DNA of 64,000 nucleotides from Eledone cirrhosa (Eukaryota): NCBI GenBank assembly GCA_964016885.1, contig OZ024742.1, positions 103,664,001 to 103,728,000 of the forward strand, read 5' to 3'. Shown piece by piece: positions 36,646 to 50,129 of this stretch (position 1 is its first letter; each line of letters starts with the position of its first letter). The notes under the pieces were generated by a model. It saw only the letters and a program-made list of their open reading frames with translations, ran no database searches and was not told where the DNA came from. The position numbers and the translations under genes were made by a program.

Positions 36646-37157
36646 AAAAAACATATTATTTCCTAAAACACACAATCTAAGCCCAACCGTGTAATATAAC
36701 TCCTAGTGTTTGAATGCATTGATTTACACAACTAGAAATTATTTGTGACTGCCCAAGGGCTTCCACTTCTTGTGGTTAAAGCATGTCAAATATTGTGAGA
36801 GGATATGGAATTAATTGATCTTTTAAAAAGGAATTAATTTAAAAATTATAAAGATTCTGATTACATGTTTATTTAAAAGTATTCAAAAATTTCTTGAATT
36901 ACTCAACATGAAAATAAAATTTAACAATCACATTTAAACTAATAACAAATATGTGAATAGCCACGTTAAGTATTACCTTCTATGTATGTTTAGTTAATTG
37001 TAATTTTTTGCTTTAAAACTAGATATGTTAGTGCTGTGGTCATAAAATAATTAAACAAACAGAAAACTATGTGTAGATACAGAATGTGGGAAGTGTTGAG
37101 CAGTTAAATGATACACTTCAATGGCAATAAAAAGTAGAAACTAAGGTAAAATAGACT

Positions 37158-37340
37158 TAACCCTTTAGCATTTAAACTGGCCGAATCTGGCCAGAATTCT
37201 CTCACCTCTTTCTGTTCAAACCAGCTGCAACTGGCCACTCATACTGATGTCAATGTATTTTTATCAAAATAAATAATATCAAAATCTCATAGATTCGATA
37301 TTATGTGAGATAATTATGTGATAATTACCTCGAAAATACA
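37158..37340 (+). mobile_element. TTAA-type DNA transposon end
   Basis: TTAACCCTTTAGCATTTAAAC...CAAAATCTCATAGATTCGATATTATGTG as at 2765. Confidence 0.55.
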
Positions 37341-37884
37341 ATAATATTGATATGTGGAAGTTGGTATATAAATCAATCAAGAAGAGACACAGAAATGAAG
37401 CAGTCAGGTTTATGTATGTTGTATATATGTGAATATCTACTTATCTACTTGTATAACACATTTTACTTGTGTAATTGTTGATAGTTATCTCCAGAAATTA
37501 TTGATTAAAATGAAAATGTATATTTTATCAGAGACATCTAACAAATCTGTGTTAAAAACATGTTTTGAAGATAACCATAAAACCATTAATAAATATGAAT
37601 AGCATTCTAATATGGAACATAAACATGCATATACATGTATAATTAATGGAATATTGAAAGATATATGATGATAAATGCACAAGTATTGATTTTGTTGTTA
37701 TTTAGCCTCAGGTTATCTTTGACAGAACAGATTTGTGATCATTACAGTTCCAGCCATTACCATCTCGTTTTGGGTTTTTTCAAGTATATTTTATTTAGGA
37801 GTATATTATCTAATGTGATCTTCCTTTGATTAGGGTGATTTGAGGAAAATTCAGATGCTATAAAAATTTGATTTAAAAAATATA

Positions 37885-39538
37885 AAAGATAATAATAATG
37901 AAATTATTGTGTACACTGCTCAGGTGCACTACAACTCATCAAAGGTGCATGTATAGTATATAGAATAATATACAAATGTCAGGGAAGTGAATAGTGTATG
38001 CGTCATGATATACATGTGTGTATGTGTATGGAGGGGGAACATTAGGTGTAGTCTTAGCGAATCTCAGGAAGCATGGAGGTTTTAAAGAATGCAGTGTCTT
38101 GGCAGCTAACAACTGATGCAGGTAGTTTGTTCCATGCTTCAGCAACTCTGAGCGTGAAAAAATGCTTCCGAAAGTCATGGGAGCTGTGCTGTTTTCTGAC
38201 TTTGTGGACATGCCCACGTGTGTTAGACACATGGAGATCAAAAAGGTACTCAGGGTTGTTGTTGGTGAGATGGTTAATAACTTTGTAGGTGTTTACCAAG
38301 TCAGTTGCCAGACATCGGAGCTTCAATGTATCCATGCCCAGGGAAGCAAGGCGTTCAGAGTATGGTAGATGCCTGATGGAGAGTATTCGCTTGGTTGCAC
38401 GTCTCTGAACAGTTTCCAGGCGGTCAATGTTCTGAGCAAGATAGGGGTTCCAGACTGGTGATGCAAATTCTAAGTGTGGCTGCACCATAGTTATATACAG
38501 CTTTAAATAGATAGCTGGAGAGTGGCTGACAAAGGTCTTGCTGAGTGATGCTAAGACACCCTCGGCCTTCTTGACAATTTTAGAGACGTGCTTCGTCCAA
38601 CGCAAATCGCTGCTGACCGTAATGCCCAGGTCACATTCACAAGAATATGTCTTGATATTAGTGTTGTGGAGGGAGTATGTGGACACTGGGTTTTTACTCC
38701 CAAAATGCATCGTGATACACTTGTCCACAGCTAGCTTGAGTTGCCAGTCTGTGATCCATTGTTGCATTGTGTCCAGGTCAGATTGCAGGTAAGATCTATA
38801 GTGTTCAGGATCTGTCCTTTTTATCTCAAGGTACAGCTTGATGTCATTTGCATATTTCAGTACTGTGGCATACTTTAAGTTGGCATCTATGTCATTAATA
38901 TATGCCACAAACAAAAGAGGCCAAGAACAGATCCCTGTGGTACACCAGATGACATCTCATATAGTGAGGAATGCTGTCCTAGAACCGTGACTACCTCTCT
39001 TCGACTGAGAATGAAGGACTTCAACCAGTTAAAAAGATCATCCTTCACACCCATTGCAGAGAGTTTTGCCATAAGCCTTTTGTGTGGCACAGAATTGAAA
39101 GCTTTAGCAAAGTCAAGGTAAACAACATCCACCCATGAGCCGCCATCAGTGATCCGGGTGATGTCTTCAAGAAACTCGAGAAGTTGATCACAGCAGCTGG
39201 AGTTAGGGATAAATCCAAATTGTGAGGGCCGGATAAGACTGTGAGAGTTCCAGAAGTTCCAAAGCGTTTCTCTGACACAGGATTCCATCAGTTTGGCAAT
39301 GCAGTTAATAAGACTGACTGGATGATAGTTCACAGGTGATGTGCGGTCACCCTTTTTGAACAGAGGAATGACACTGGCAGTTTTCCACTGTTCTGGAGTA
39401 GCACCGTTGTTCAGACAGAATTGGAAGAAGCGTGAAAGCTGGTGCAGAAGGAGGTACCCACCACATTTAAGAAGCAGGTACGTAACACCATCAAGACCAG
39501 GAGAGGCATGGTTGCATTTATTTTTAAGGTGACGTCGC
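37885..39538 (-). mobile_element. 5'-truncated CR1-clade LINE
   Basis: PVSLINC, QFGF, VYLDFAKAFNSVPH, SGVPQGSVLG, YAND, PHLEFASPVWNPY, VQRRATK, WNKLP; (ATT)n tail. Confidence 0.88.
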
Positions 39539-40061
39539 AGGTTAGGAGCCAGTTATTGTTTATATTGTGTGTGTGTGTGTGTATGTGTATGTATATAAAT
39601 GTAATCTGAGTTTTTCGAATATTAATAATAATATTCGATTCATTTGGAATCATGCAAACACCCTCTTTTTTAAAGCCATGTCAGTAGAATGAGTCCCTCA
39701 TTCTTGCTCTTTTTTTATTTATATATATAAATATATATAAGGGTTGACGGACCCAGCATATTTATCAATGCCAGTACCAGTTGTATCTCAGCGCACTCCA
39801 TGGGCAATGTAAGATACATTACCAGAGTATACACATAGTTATTTGCTTCAACACAACACATGTAAAACGGGTACCTATAATAGTTCCCAGACTTGAGTTC
39901 CTGCCGCACTAATGCAGCAGTAAAGTGCACTGCACCATCTGTCTGCATATATTATGCAACAATGCACAATCAGCTTATGCGGCTTCATCAGTGGGTATCG
40001 CCTAACCAAAAACCAATCGATCAACAGAATCCTAAGTCCAGTCTATGCCGGCCATGACTGT

Positions 40062-40159
<98 letters not shown>

Positions 40160-40380
40160 AAAGTGGCCATGTAGGAAACACAGTGAAAAGGCTTCCAGTC
40201 CACACTGTAAATGTGGTTGGTGTTAGGAAGGGCATCCAGCTGTAAAAAAAACCTGCCAGAGACGCTTCTATGCGAGCGAGACATGGTCTCCCGACCATTC
40301 CCGCATCAAATGGAACAAAACTGTCTAACCCATGCTAGCATGGAAGATGGACGTTAAATGATGATGATGATGATGATGAT
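40160..40380 (+). mobile_element. RTE 3' UTR fragment
   Basis: TGGTGTTAGGAAGGGCATCCAGCTGT...GGACGTTAAA(TGA)n. Confidence 0.65.
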
Positions 40381-40519
40381 ATAATATATATCAGCTGACA
40401 ACAAATTCAGAAAAATCATATTTCATGCCTATGATATTAAGAAAGAGGAGATAGAGACATATAGCAGAAAGAAAAATTGGTAATTTTTATGAGTAAACCT
40501 GCCAAAAACCACAGATCAG

Positions 40520-41432
40520 GTTTACAGTCAAAGTAAGGTCCTAGCAAGAAAGAGGATAATGTGGTGTTGGAATGATAGGGTAGATACAGCCATAAAAACT
40601 AAAAGACAAGCCTTGAAAGACTAGAAGAAAGGGATAAATAGAGAGCAATACCAAATAGCCAGAAGATAGACGAAGCAGACAGTATACAGAAAAAGAGAAG
40701 AAGCAAAAAGAAAAGAGGCTTGCATGGTTCATGTTATAGGGATCAGAATTATGAAGCATTCTGAATGTGTAATCTGGTGTGCACTAAATAAGCTAGTTGT
40801 AGACAGATAGCTTGTGAGGGCCATACAAGCCATGTTACCAGCAAGCTGAGAATTGGCAATTATTACAGTGATGAATTTGAAGTGCAGGTGGGAGTCCAGC
40901 TGGGTTCAGTCCTTAGTCCACTTCAGTTTATTATTGTTCTTTAGGCCATTATGGAGAAGTTTATAACTGGCACTCCATTATGGAGAAGTTTATAACTGGC
41001 ACTCCATGGGGGCTCCTGTATGCTGATGATCTATTCCTTATAGCTGAATCTGTGGGAGGGTTGAAGGCAAAATGGAAGAAAAATGTAGAATTGAAAGGTT
41101 TAAAAATAAACTTAGCAAAGACTAAAATCTTTAAAAGGAGGAAAGAGGACATGAAGCTGATACCATCAGAAAAGTGGTCTTATTTAATGTATCAAAGAGG
41201 GATGGATATGAATTCCATAAGATTCACACAGTGTAGTCTCTGGGCGCACAAGTGATGTAGTTATATTGCAGGCAGGTTAACAGAAAAGATAGACTTTGTA
41301 TGCAGCAGATAAACAGGGGAAATAAGCATTAAGAACATAAATGTAATGGATTCCTTCAGGTGCAAATAAGGCTCCGTAGAAGTTGCTGACAACTTTTATT
41401 GCCTATGTGACCTAAACAGCAATGAATGAGGC
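40520..41432 (+). mobile_element. Old degenerate RTE fragment
   Basis: GTPWGLLYADDLFLIAES...LKINLAKTK; 29-bp internal duplication near 40946-41005. Confidence 0.75.
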
Positions 41433-41944
41433 TCAGTGTCGGATTTACCATTGTGCTTAGGTGTGCTTAAACAAAGGGCCCCGTTGGCCAGCTTTGTCTT
41501 TCATCCTTATGGGGTCGATAAAATAAAGCACCAGTTATACACTGGGGTCGATTTAATCGACTTTCCCCTCCCCTTCAAATTGCTGGCCTTGCGCCTAAAG
41601 TAGAAACAATTATGATATTCCAATCCTTATTTATTCTCTAACATATTTTCCGTCAAATATTTTTATGTATATATACTGTGTATATACTGTATATATACTG
41701 TGTATGTTTAAAAATTATTTTCAGACATAAGAATGGTTGCATTGCTTGTTTTATTGTTGTTGTTTATTTGGGGTTTTTTGTGGTGGAAATTGGGGGTGGG
41801 GGCCACCAAACCTCCTTTCACTTTATAACATGAAAATCAATGAGAAAATTAATTTCACATTACAGTAAGATTTTCAGGAACACAATCCTTCTATAAAATG
41901 GAGGATTCCTGTATATATATGTGTGTGTGTGTGTGTGTGCATGC

Positions 41945-42016
<72 letters not shown>

Positions 42017-42334
42017 ATAGTTAAAGACTGAGAGAAAAGAGGATTCCATACTGAAATAGAGTTTAGATATTCATTTTAAGGTTAATGAAGATATATATAT
42101 ATATAAGAAATGTAAATCCGAAATTTTCTAATATTAAATAATTGTTTCTACTTTTGGCACAAGGCCAGCAATTAACCAGTGCATTACTGGTACTTTATTT
42201 TATCAACCCCATAAGGATGAAAGGCAAAGTCAACCTCGGCAGGATTTGAACTCAGATCGTAAAGTGACGTAACTTCGATTCATTTGCAATTATGCAAACA
42301 GCCTCTTTAAACCATGTACGTGAAAAAGCCCTTC

Positions 42335-42892
42335 ATCTCTATGACCAAAGAAGGCCCGACAGCTCAATCAAGAGCATGCTCATCATTCTTTTCGATATCC
42401 ATCCCCCAGGGCCAGACTGTCAATTGAGAGTTCTACTACAACATTTTGAGGCGTTTGAGGGAGGACATCTGGCAAAAGAAACCAGATCTGTGAAGCGCGG
42501 AGAATTAGATTCTTCATGACGACAATGCACCTTGTCACTGAGCTCCCCTCACTTGTGAGTTTCTCACTAAAAACAATATTCTATCACTTCCACACAGATC
42601 CTATTCGCCAGATTTAGCACCTGCGAACTTCCATCTCTTCTTCAAAATGAAAATGCAGTTCAAAGGTCACTGTTTTAACACCGTTGCCAAGATCCAGAGT
42701 GAATCGCAGTAGGTCCTCCATTCACTTATGGTAAACAACTTCTAGGCTGGATTCCAAAGGTGGCAGGAACACTGGGACTGGTGTATTGCTGCACAAGGTG
42801 ACTATTTCAAAGGAGATAATGTTAAAACTTAAATAAATATATTAGTTTTTTTAAACAAAACTAGTCTGGGAACTTTTTGATACCACCTCATA
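42335..42892 (+). mobile_element. Mariner transposase remnant with 3' TIR
   Basis: IKSMLIILFDI, ILHDDNAP.H, YSPDLAP.NFHLF, W..CIAAQGDYF; ends AACTTTTTGATACCACCTCA-TA. Confidence 0.85.
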
Positions 42893-43016
42893 TATATATA
42901 TATATGAAAGAAATTTATTATATATAAATTACATATCATATAAACAAATTAAACAATATAATTAAATATAAAGTAAAATTCAATTCTGACAATCATAAAT
43001 TATTTCTCTATTTCAG

Positions 43017-43064
43017 GATATTCCTGTTGCACATATTTCATGAAACGATCTTTCTGCGTTCCCA
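43017..43064 (+). CDS. Host gene coding exon 3 (completes WAP-like module)
   Basis: Branch-like ttctgac, tatttctctatttcag| acceptor, 48 nt (G)YSCCTYFMKRSFCVP(T), |gtaagt donor; phase 1-1. Confidence 0.82.
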
Positions 43065-43184
43065 GTAAGTAACTCCTTCTATTAATTCAAAGTAGAAATT
43101 GAACCAACAAGGGTGGAATCCAAACTAGTGAGCCTGTTAGAAATAACAACTAAATCTCACTCAAATAGTTGTTTGATGTCAATA

Positions 43185-43510
43185 ATAATTGTTTCTACTT
43201 TTGGCACAAGGCCAACAATTACTGGTACTTTATTTTATGTACCCCGTAAGGATGAAAGGCAAAGTTAACTTTGGCGGGATTTGAACTCAGACCATAAAGG
43301 GCCGTAACTCTTTGCTGCAAAGCATGGCGCCCAACCCTCTACTGATACTGCCAATCCACTGCCAATAATAATAATCACTAAAGGCGGTAGAGTTCCAAAA
43401 TGCTTTGTAGCATTTAGTTATGGCCCTTTACATTCTGAGTTTGAATCTTACTGAGATAAGCTTTACTTTTCATCCTTCCGGGGTTGATAAAATAAAGTAC
43501 CATTAAAGTA
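43185..43510. mobile_element. Two head-to-head SINE family B copies
   Basis: Minus copy 43185-43362, plus copy 43378-43510; further minus copy at 42135-42275. Confidence 0.65.
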
Positions 43511-43760
43511 TTATATCAAGACAGAGCACAATTTTAAATAACTATAAGAAGAACTGTATAAATAAATATCCCATTTTATAAATTTACCCTACATAAGGTT
43601 GTACTTTGAGAAAAGTATGACTGTCAACAATTCCTATTTTTCTTGTATGAAGTTTTGACATAAAGAAATAAAGCCAATAAGTAATTTCTATCTTGTCGTT
43701 GTTGATGACTTGCCTTACTGAGTAATATTGCAAGTTTGCTGGCTTGCCTCAAATATTATT

Positions 43761-44045
43761 GTGGAGGCGCATAGCCAAGTAGTGAGAGTGTCGGATTTAC
43801 GATCATAACATCAGGGGTTCAATTCCTGGACTGGGTTGTGTGCTGTTTTCTTGAGAAAAACACTTCATTTCACATTGCTCCAGTATACTCAGCTGAAAAT
43901 GAGTACCAGCAATAGCTGGAAGTTTAACCCTGCGATGGACTGGCATTCTATCCAGGGGGAGTCTTGTACTATCAGTCACTTAACGCCATGAAAACCAGGA
44001 TAAGCACTGGTTTGATGAACCTCTGGGCTCAAAGCACACTTTAGA
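43761..44045 (+). mobile_element. SINE family A
   Basis: GTGGAGGCGCATAGCC...GGTTCAATTCC...CTTGAGAAAAACACTT. Confidence 0.7.
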
Positions 44046-44236
44046 CTCAAATATTATTAGAGGGAAACTTCAATACCATTTAATGTGGCATGTGATTGAA
44101 TGTGCAGATCTTCTCTCTCACTTTTCTTCTTTTATTATTCCTCAATTTTACTTTGTTTTAATACTGTATGTGAAAGACATTTGTATTATAAAAATAAATG
44201 AATTATCAAATTAAAAAAATTCTTTCTAAACAACAG

Positions 44237-44364
44237 CGAATCCAAACATTTGCTATAAGAATGGAAGGGCAATACCTTATCTAACTGTGATCACTCAAAA
44301 AAACTGCCTTAGATGTACTTGCCTGGGAAGTGACAGTTGGATTTGTAATCCAACATCATGTTAA
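44237..44364 (+). CDS. Host gene coding exon 4 (VWC/pacifastin-like module and stop)
   Basis: tctttctaaacaacag| acceptor; (T)NPNICYKNGRAIPYLTVITQKNCLRCTCLGSDSWICNPTSC*; TAA followed by G|gtaagt donor. Confidence 0.82.
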
Positions 44365-44479
44365 GGTAAGTAATTATAATAATTATTATGAAGCTCATAG
44401 TGATGAAACCGAAATTGAAAATATATATATAGAAGTGATTACACAACAGTTATTCTGGTGAGTAATGGTCTAACAGGTT

Positions 44480-44499
44480 TTACTGCATCCATTCTGATT

Positions 44500-44568
<69 letters not shown>

Positions 44569-44847
44569 GTAGAACACTGGAAGGTAATATCCGTAGTGGT
44601 AGAGCAATCAGTCCATGGGACGAGTTAGGTAGAAGTGATTACACAACAGCTAGTTCACCATACTGACAAAAATTGCTTCACCTTAGCGGATCCTCAGCTC
44701 GTAATTGTCCATTACGAGCTGAGGATCCGCTAAGGTGAAGCAATTTTTGTCAGTATGGTGAACTAACTGTTGTGTAATCACTTCTACCTAACTCGTCCCA
44801 TGGACTGATTGCTCTACCACTACGGATATTACCTTCCAGTGTTCTAC

Positions 44848-44910
<63 letters not shown>

Positions 44911-44930
44911 AATCAGAATGGATGCAGTAA
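44480..44930. repeat. Near-perfect palindrome, ~220-bp arms, 5-nt spacer
   Basis: Centre GCTCGTAAT tgtcc ATTACGAGC at ~44708; arms include mirrored microsatellites. Confidence 0.9.
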
Positions 44931-45129
44931 TAGCTGTTGAAAGGCAGGAGCTCAGCCGTTGGGGTCCCAACACCTTCATATATATTAAACAACAAAGAAA
45001 GTGTGGTAAGAAACCAGGTGGACCAGAGCACTCGATACTTAGGGTAGTAGAGTGGGTAATAGGAAAAGAGTCAGATCTAGCTGTGGAAACAGCCGAAGCT
45101 TAGCTGTCAAGGTCCTGACTCTTATCCTA
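44927..45129. repeat. Fold-back element composite, inverted copy at 54865-55067
   Basis: About 200 bp, near-identical in reverse complement. Confidence 0.8.
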
Positions 45130-45284
45130 TATCTCCTTATAATATATAACCAGCAATTTCTCTGTCTGTCTGTCCGACAGTGGAAACACGTGCGCGCGTG
45201 CGAATGTTTTTTGCGCACACGTAGAGAGAGAGACTACAAGAGGGGGATAGTGGGAGGGAGAGAGGGGGGAATTGAGGAGTGCTT

Positions 45285-45462
45285 CAGAAACATATATACA
45301 TTTCTGTGTGTGTGTAATATATATATATATACACACACAGAAATATATATATATACACACAGAAATATATATACATTTCTGTGTGTGTAATATATATATA
45401 TATACACACAGAGAAATGTATATATATTTCTGTGTGTGTAATATATATATATATATATATAC
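45285..45462. repeat. Palindromic minisatellite ACACAGAAAT(AT)nACATTTCTGTGT
   Basis: Also at 47864-47927, 49796-49895 and 50440-50632. Confidence 0.75.
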
Positions 45463-47863
45463 AGGGGGAAGTAGAGAGGACTATCAAGTGGCCAGGAGGG
45501 AAGCTAGGAGACAAGTGTACTTAGCAAGAAGGGAAGCTGAGGAAAGAAAGTTCAAGCATGTTCTACAACGCGATGACCAAAAACGTGAGGTGTTCAGGAT
45601 TGCTAGGCAATGCGTCAAGGAAAACCGTGATATTGTCGGGGAGAAGTGTGTACTAAACGACGATGGCACACTTGCCATCACCGACGCTGATAAGAAGGTA
45701 GCTTGGAAGTGTCACTATGAAAGGCTACTAAATGAGGAGAATAATTGGGAGAAAGGCAGTCTCCCCCATATCGACCCAATAGAGGAGCAATCGACCAGCA
45801 GTGTTAGTCGAGGGGAGTATAATAAGTAAGGCAATCAAGGATATGAAGACTGGTAAGGCGGCTGGGCCTTCGGAAATAGTTGCTGAGATGCTGAAGGCAT
45901 CTGGCACGGTGGGACACACCATGGTCACCCGCATAGTTAACCAAGTCGTACAGAATGGGGTTGTTCCGAAGGACTGGCATAGCAGCATCATCGTTAACTG
46001 TTATAAGGGTAAAGGAGACGCCCTAGATAGGAGTAACTATAGAGGCATTAAATTAATCGACCAGGTCATGAAGGTCACGGAAAAAGTAATAGCGCAACTA
46101 ATCAGAGAGAGAATTGACCTAGATGAAATGCAGTTCGGGTTTGTGTCAGGCAAAAGTACCACAGACGCTCTTTTCATAGTACGGCAACTACAGGAAAAGT
46201 ACCTAGCTAAAGGTAAACCCCTCTACTTAGCTTTGTCGACTTGGAGAAAGCCTTCGACAGAGTCCCCCGCTCCATTATCTGGTGGGCTCTTAGAAAACTA
46301 GGCGTTGACGAATGGCTTGTGAGGGCTATACAAGCCATGTATAAAGAAACAGTCAGCAAGGTTAGAATTAACAACGAATATAGTGAAGAGTTTAGCGTAA
46401 AAGTTGGCGTCCATCAGGGCTCTGTTCTCAGTCCACTACTATTTATTATTGCCCTTCAGGCTATAACAGAGGAGTTCAAGACAGGCTGCCCATGGGAACT
46501 CCTATACGCAGACGACCTGACACTCATAGCGGAATCAATGGCCGAGCTAGAGAAGAAATTCCAAACATGGAAGCACGGCCTAGAGTCAAAAGGACTTAAA
46601 ATTAACCTGGCTAAGACCAAAGTACTAGTTTGTAGGAAAGAAAACAAGGCGGCGGTCCCTTCTGGGAAATGGTCGTGCTCGGTGTGTAGGAAAGGCGTAG
46701 GTAGAAACTCCATTTTATGTCCTAAATGCAAAGTATGGGTGCATAAAAGATGTAGTGGGATCACAGGTAAGCTAACTAAGAACATAGATTTTACATGTGG
46801 CCGGTGCTCTGGTGCAATAAGTAGCAGCAAGTGCCCACAAACTACTAGCTCTTTCAATTGCGCAGAGGGTTCTATAGAAATAGTGGACAGCTTCCGTTAC
46901 CTGGGCGATAAAATCAGCAGTGGGGGAGGGTGCTCTGAAAGTACTGTAGCTAGAGTCAGAACTGGTTGGAAAAAGTTCAGAGAGCTTATACCACTATTAG
47001 CTGCTAAAGGGTTCTCACTAAAAATGAAAGGCAGGTTGTACGATGCCTGCATACGAACAGCAATGCTGCATGGCAGTGAGACCTGGGCATTGTGTGCAGA
47101 GGATATACGCAGACTAGAGAGGAACGAAGCTTGCATGCTCCGCTGGATGTGTAACAGTAATATACGTGAACGGCAAAGCATAAACGAACTAAGGAAAAAA
47201 TTAGAGATAAGAGGGATCAGATGTTGTTTACTCGAGAGAAGGCTACGTTGGTATGGACACGTGATGCGCATGAAAGTCGATAGCTGTATAACAAAGTGCA
47301 GGGCAATAAAGATAGACGGTAGTCACGGAATAGGCAGACCTATAAAAACCTGGGACGAGCTGATAAACTCCGACATCACACACTTACACCTCTCCAAGAC
47401 AATGTCACTGGACCGAGACCTTTGGCGGTACTCAGTAACAGAGAAGACCCGCCTTACCTAAATATATAGTAAAACCTACTCCAGCCAGTAGGCATCTCTA
47501 ACAAAATACACCCCGTCCCACCACCACCACCCCCACCCGATCCACACCACCCCGTTCTATGTAAAGTTATGTTGGTGCCGCGCCATCGAGGCCGAAACAA
47601 ATGAGATCGTGTAGGTGTCACGACAAAAAAACACACAGTCCACGCTGTAATGTGGCCGTGTAGGCAACACGGTAAAAACCTCCCAGACCCACACTGTAAA
47701 TGTGGTTGGTGTTAGGAAGGGCATCCAACTGTAGAAAACCTGCCAGACAGTCCTATGCGAGCAAGACAATCACTCTTGCCTCAAGTGGGACTACCCCCGT
47801 CCAAACCCATGCAAGCGTGGAACACGGACGTTAAACGTTGATGATGATGATGATGATGATGAT
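45463..47863 (+). mobile_element. 5'-truncated RTE LINE (same family as 21204-23872)
   Basis: ORF pieces 45463-45829, 45801-46301, 46241-47461 with YADD; two frameshifts; (GAT)n tail. Confidence 0.92.
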
Positions 47864-47890
47864 ACACACACAGAAATATATATATATTTT

Positions 47891-47923
<33 letters not shown>

Positions 47924-47927
47924 TACA

Positions 47928-49795
47928 CGTTAACTGTTATAAGGGTAAAGGAGATGCCCTAGATAGGAGTAACTATAGAGGCATTAAATTAATCGACCAG
48001 GTCATGAAGGTCACGGAAAAAGTAATAGCGCAACTAATCAGAGAGCGAATTGATCTAGATGAAATGCAGTTCGGGTTTGTGTCAGGAAAAAGTACCACAG
48101 ACGCTCTTTTCATTGTACGACAACTACAGGAGAAGTACCTAGCTAAAAGTAAACCCCTATACTTAGCTTTCATCGACTTGGAGAAGGCCTTCGACAGAGT
48201 CCCCCGTTCCATTATCTGGTGGGCTCTTAGAAAACTAGGTGTTGATGAATGGCTTGTGAGAGCTATACAAGCCATGTATAAAGAAACAGTCAGCAAGGTT
48301 AGAATTAACAACGAATATAGTGAAGAGTTTAGTGTAAAAGTTGGTGTTCATCAGGGCTCTGTTCTTAGCCCCCTACTATGTATTATCGCCCTCCAGGCTA
48401 TAACAGTGGAGTTCAAGACCGGCTGCCCATGGGAACTCCTATACGCAGATGATCTAACGCTCATAGCTGAATCAATGGCCGAGCTAGAGAAGAAATTCCA
48501 AACATGGAAGCACGGCCTAGAATCAAAAGGCCTTAAAATTAACCTGGCTAAGACTAAAGTTCTAGTTTGTAAGAAAGAAAATAAGGCGGCGGTCCCCTCC
48601 GGGAAGTGGCCATGCGCAGAGTGTAGGAAAGGCGTAGGTAGAAATTCCATTTTGTGTCCCAAATGTAAAGTTTGGGTGCATAAAAGATGTAGGGGGATCA
48701 CAGGTAAGCTAACTAAGAACATAGATTTTACATGTGGCCGGTGTTCTGGGGCAATAAGTAGCAGCAAGTGCACACAAAATACTAGCTTTTTCAACTGCGC
48801 AGAGGGTTCTATAGAAATAGTGGACAGCTTCCGTTACCTGGGTGACAAAATCAGCAGTGGGGGAGGGTGCTCTGAAAGTACAGTAGCTAGAGTCAGAACT
48901 GGGTGGAAAAAGTTCAGAGAGCTTATACCACTATTAGCCGCTAAAGGGTTCTCCCTAAAAATGAAAGGCAGGTTGTACGATGCCTGCATACGAACAGCAA
49001 TGTTGCATGGCAGTGAGACCTGGGCATTGTGTGCAGAGGATATACGCAGACTAGAGAGAAACGAAGCTTGCATGCTCCGCTGGATGTGTAATAGTAATAT
49101 ACGTGAACGACAAAGCATAAACGAACTAAGGAAAAAATTAGAAATAAGAGGGATCAGATGTTGTTTACTAGAGAGAAGGCTACTTTGGTATGGTCACGTG
49201 ATGCGCATGAAGGACGATAGCTGTATAACAAAGTGCAGGGCAATAAAGATAGACGGTAGCCACGGAATAGGCAGACCCAGAAAAACCTGGGACGAGCTGA
49301 TAAACTCCGACCTCACACACTTACACCTCACCAAGACAATGTCACTGGACCGAGACCTTTGGCGGTACTCAGTAATAGAGAAGACCCGCCTTACCTAAAT
49401 ACAAAGTAAAACCTACTACAGTCAGTAGACATCTCTAACAAAATACACCCCCGTCCCACCACCCCCACCCCATCCACACCGCCCCCTTCTATGTAAAGTT
49501 ATGTTGGTGCCACACCATCCAGGCCGAAACAAATGAGATCGTGTAGGTGTCACGACAAAAAAACACACAATCCACGCTGTAATGTGGCCGTGTAGGCAAC
49601 ACGGTAAAAACCTCCCAGACCCACACTGTAAATGTGGTTGGTGTTAGGAAGGGCATCCAACTGTAGAAAACCTGCCAGACAGTCCTATGCGAGCAAGACA
49701 ATCACTCTTGCCTCAAGTGGGAAAACCCCCGTCCAAACCCATGCAAGCGTGGAACACGGACGTCAAACGTTGATGATGATGATGATGATGATGAT
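47928..49795 (+). mobile_element. 5'-truncated RTE LINE with uninterrupted RT frame
   Basis: Open frame to 49398 from VNCYKGKGD through YADD to EKTRLT; (GAT)n tail. Confidence 0.92.
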
Positions 49796-50129
49796 TACAC
49801 ACACAGAAATGTATATATATTTCTGTGTGTATATATATATATATTACACACACAGAAATGTATATATATATACACACAGAAATATATATACATTCCTTAG
49901 CTACTGTACTGTATCTGTTGCTTTCTCTCTCTCTCTCCAGCTATCCCTCTCTTTTAGTTTGTCTGTTTCTCTTACTCTTTCTCTTTGTAACACACTAACA
50001 TTCCTCCCCTCTATCGCTGTGACGAATGGGGAGATGGGGGAGGAGGAGGAGGAGGAGAGAGTCACTTCGTCACTTCACCTCTGCCTTTCTTTCTCTCCCC
50101 TCTCACTGCCTCATTACGTACAGACATTA

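Noticed and set aside
44715-44756. Hammerhead in the palindrome arm (CTGAGGA...GAAG...GTC)
   Set aside because: Core reads GAAG rather than GAAA and stem I does not close; at most a decayed relic
47896-49398. Intact autonomous retrotransposon
   Set aside because: The frame is open, but the element is 5'-truncated, lacks APE, and the listed start lies in the flanking microsatellite
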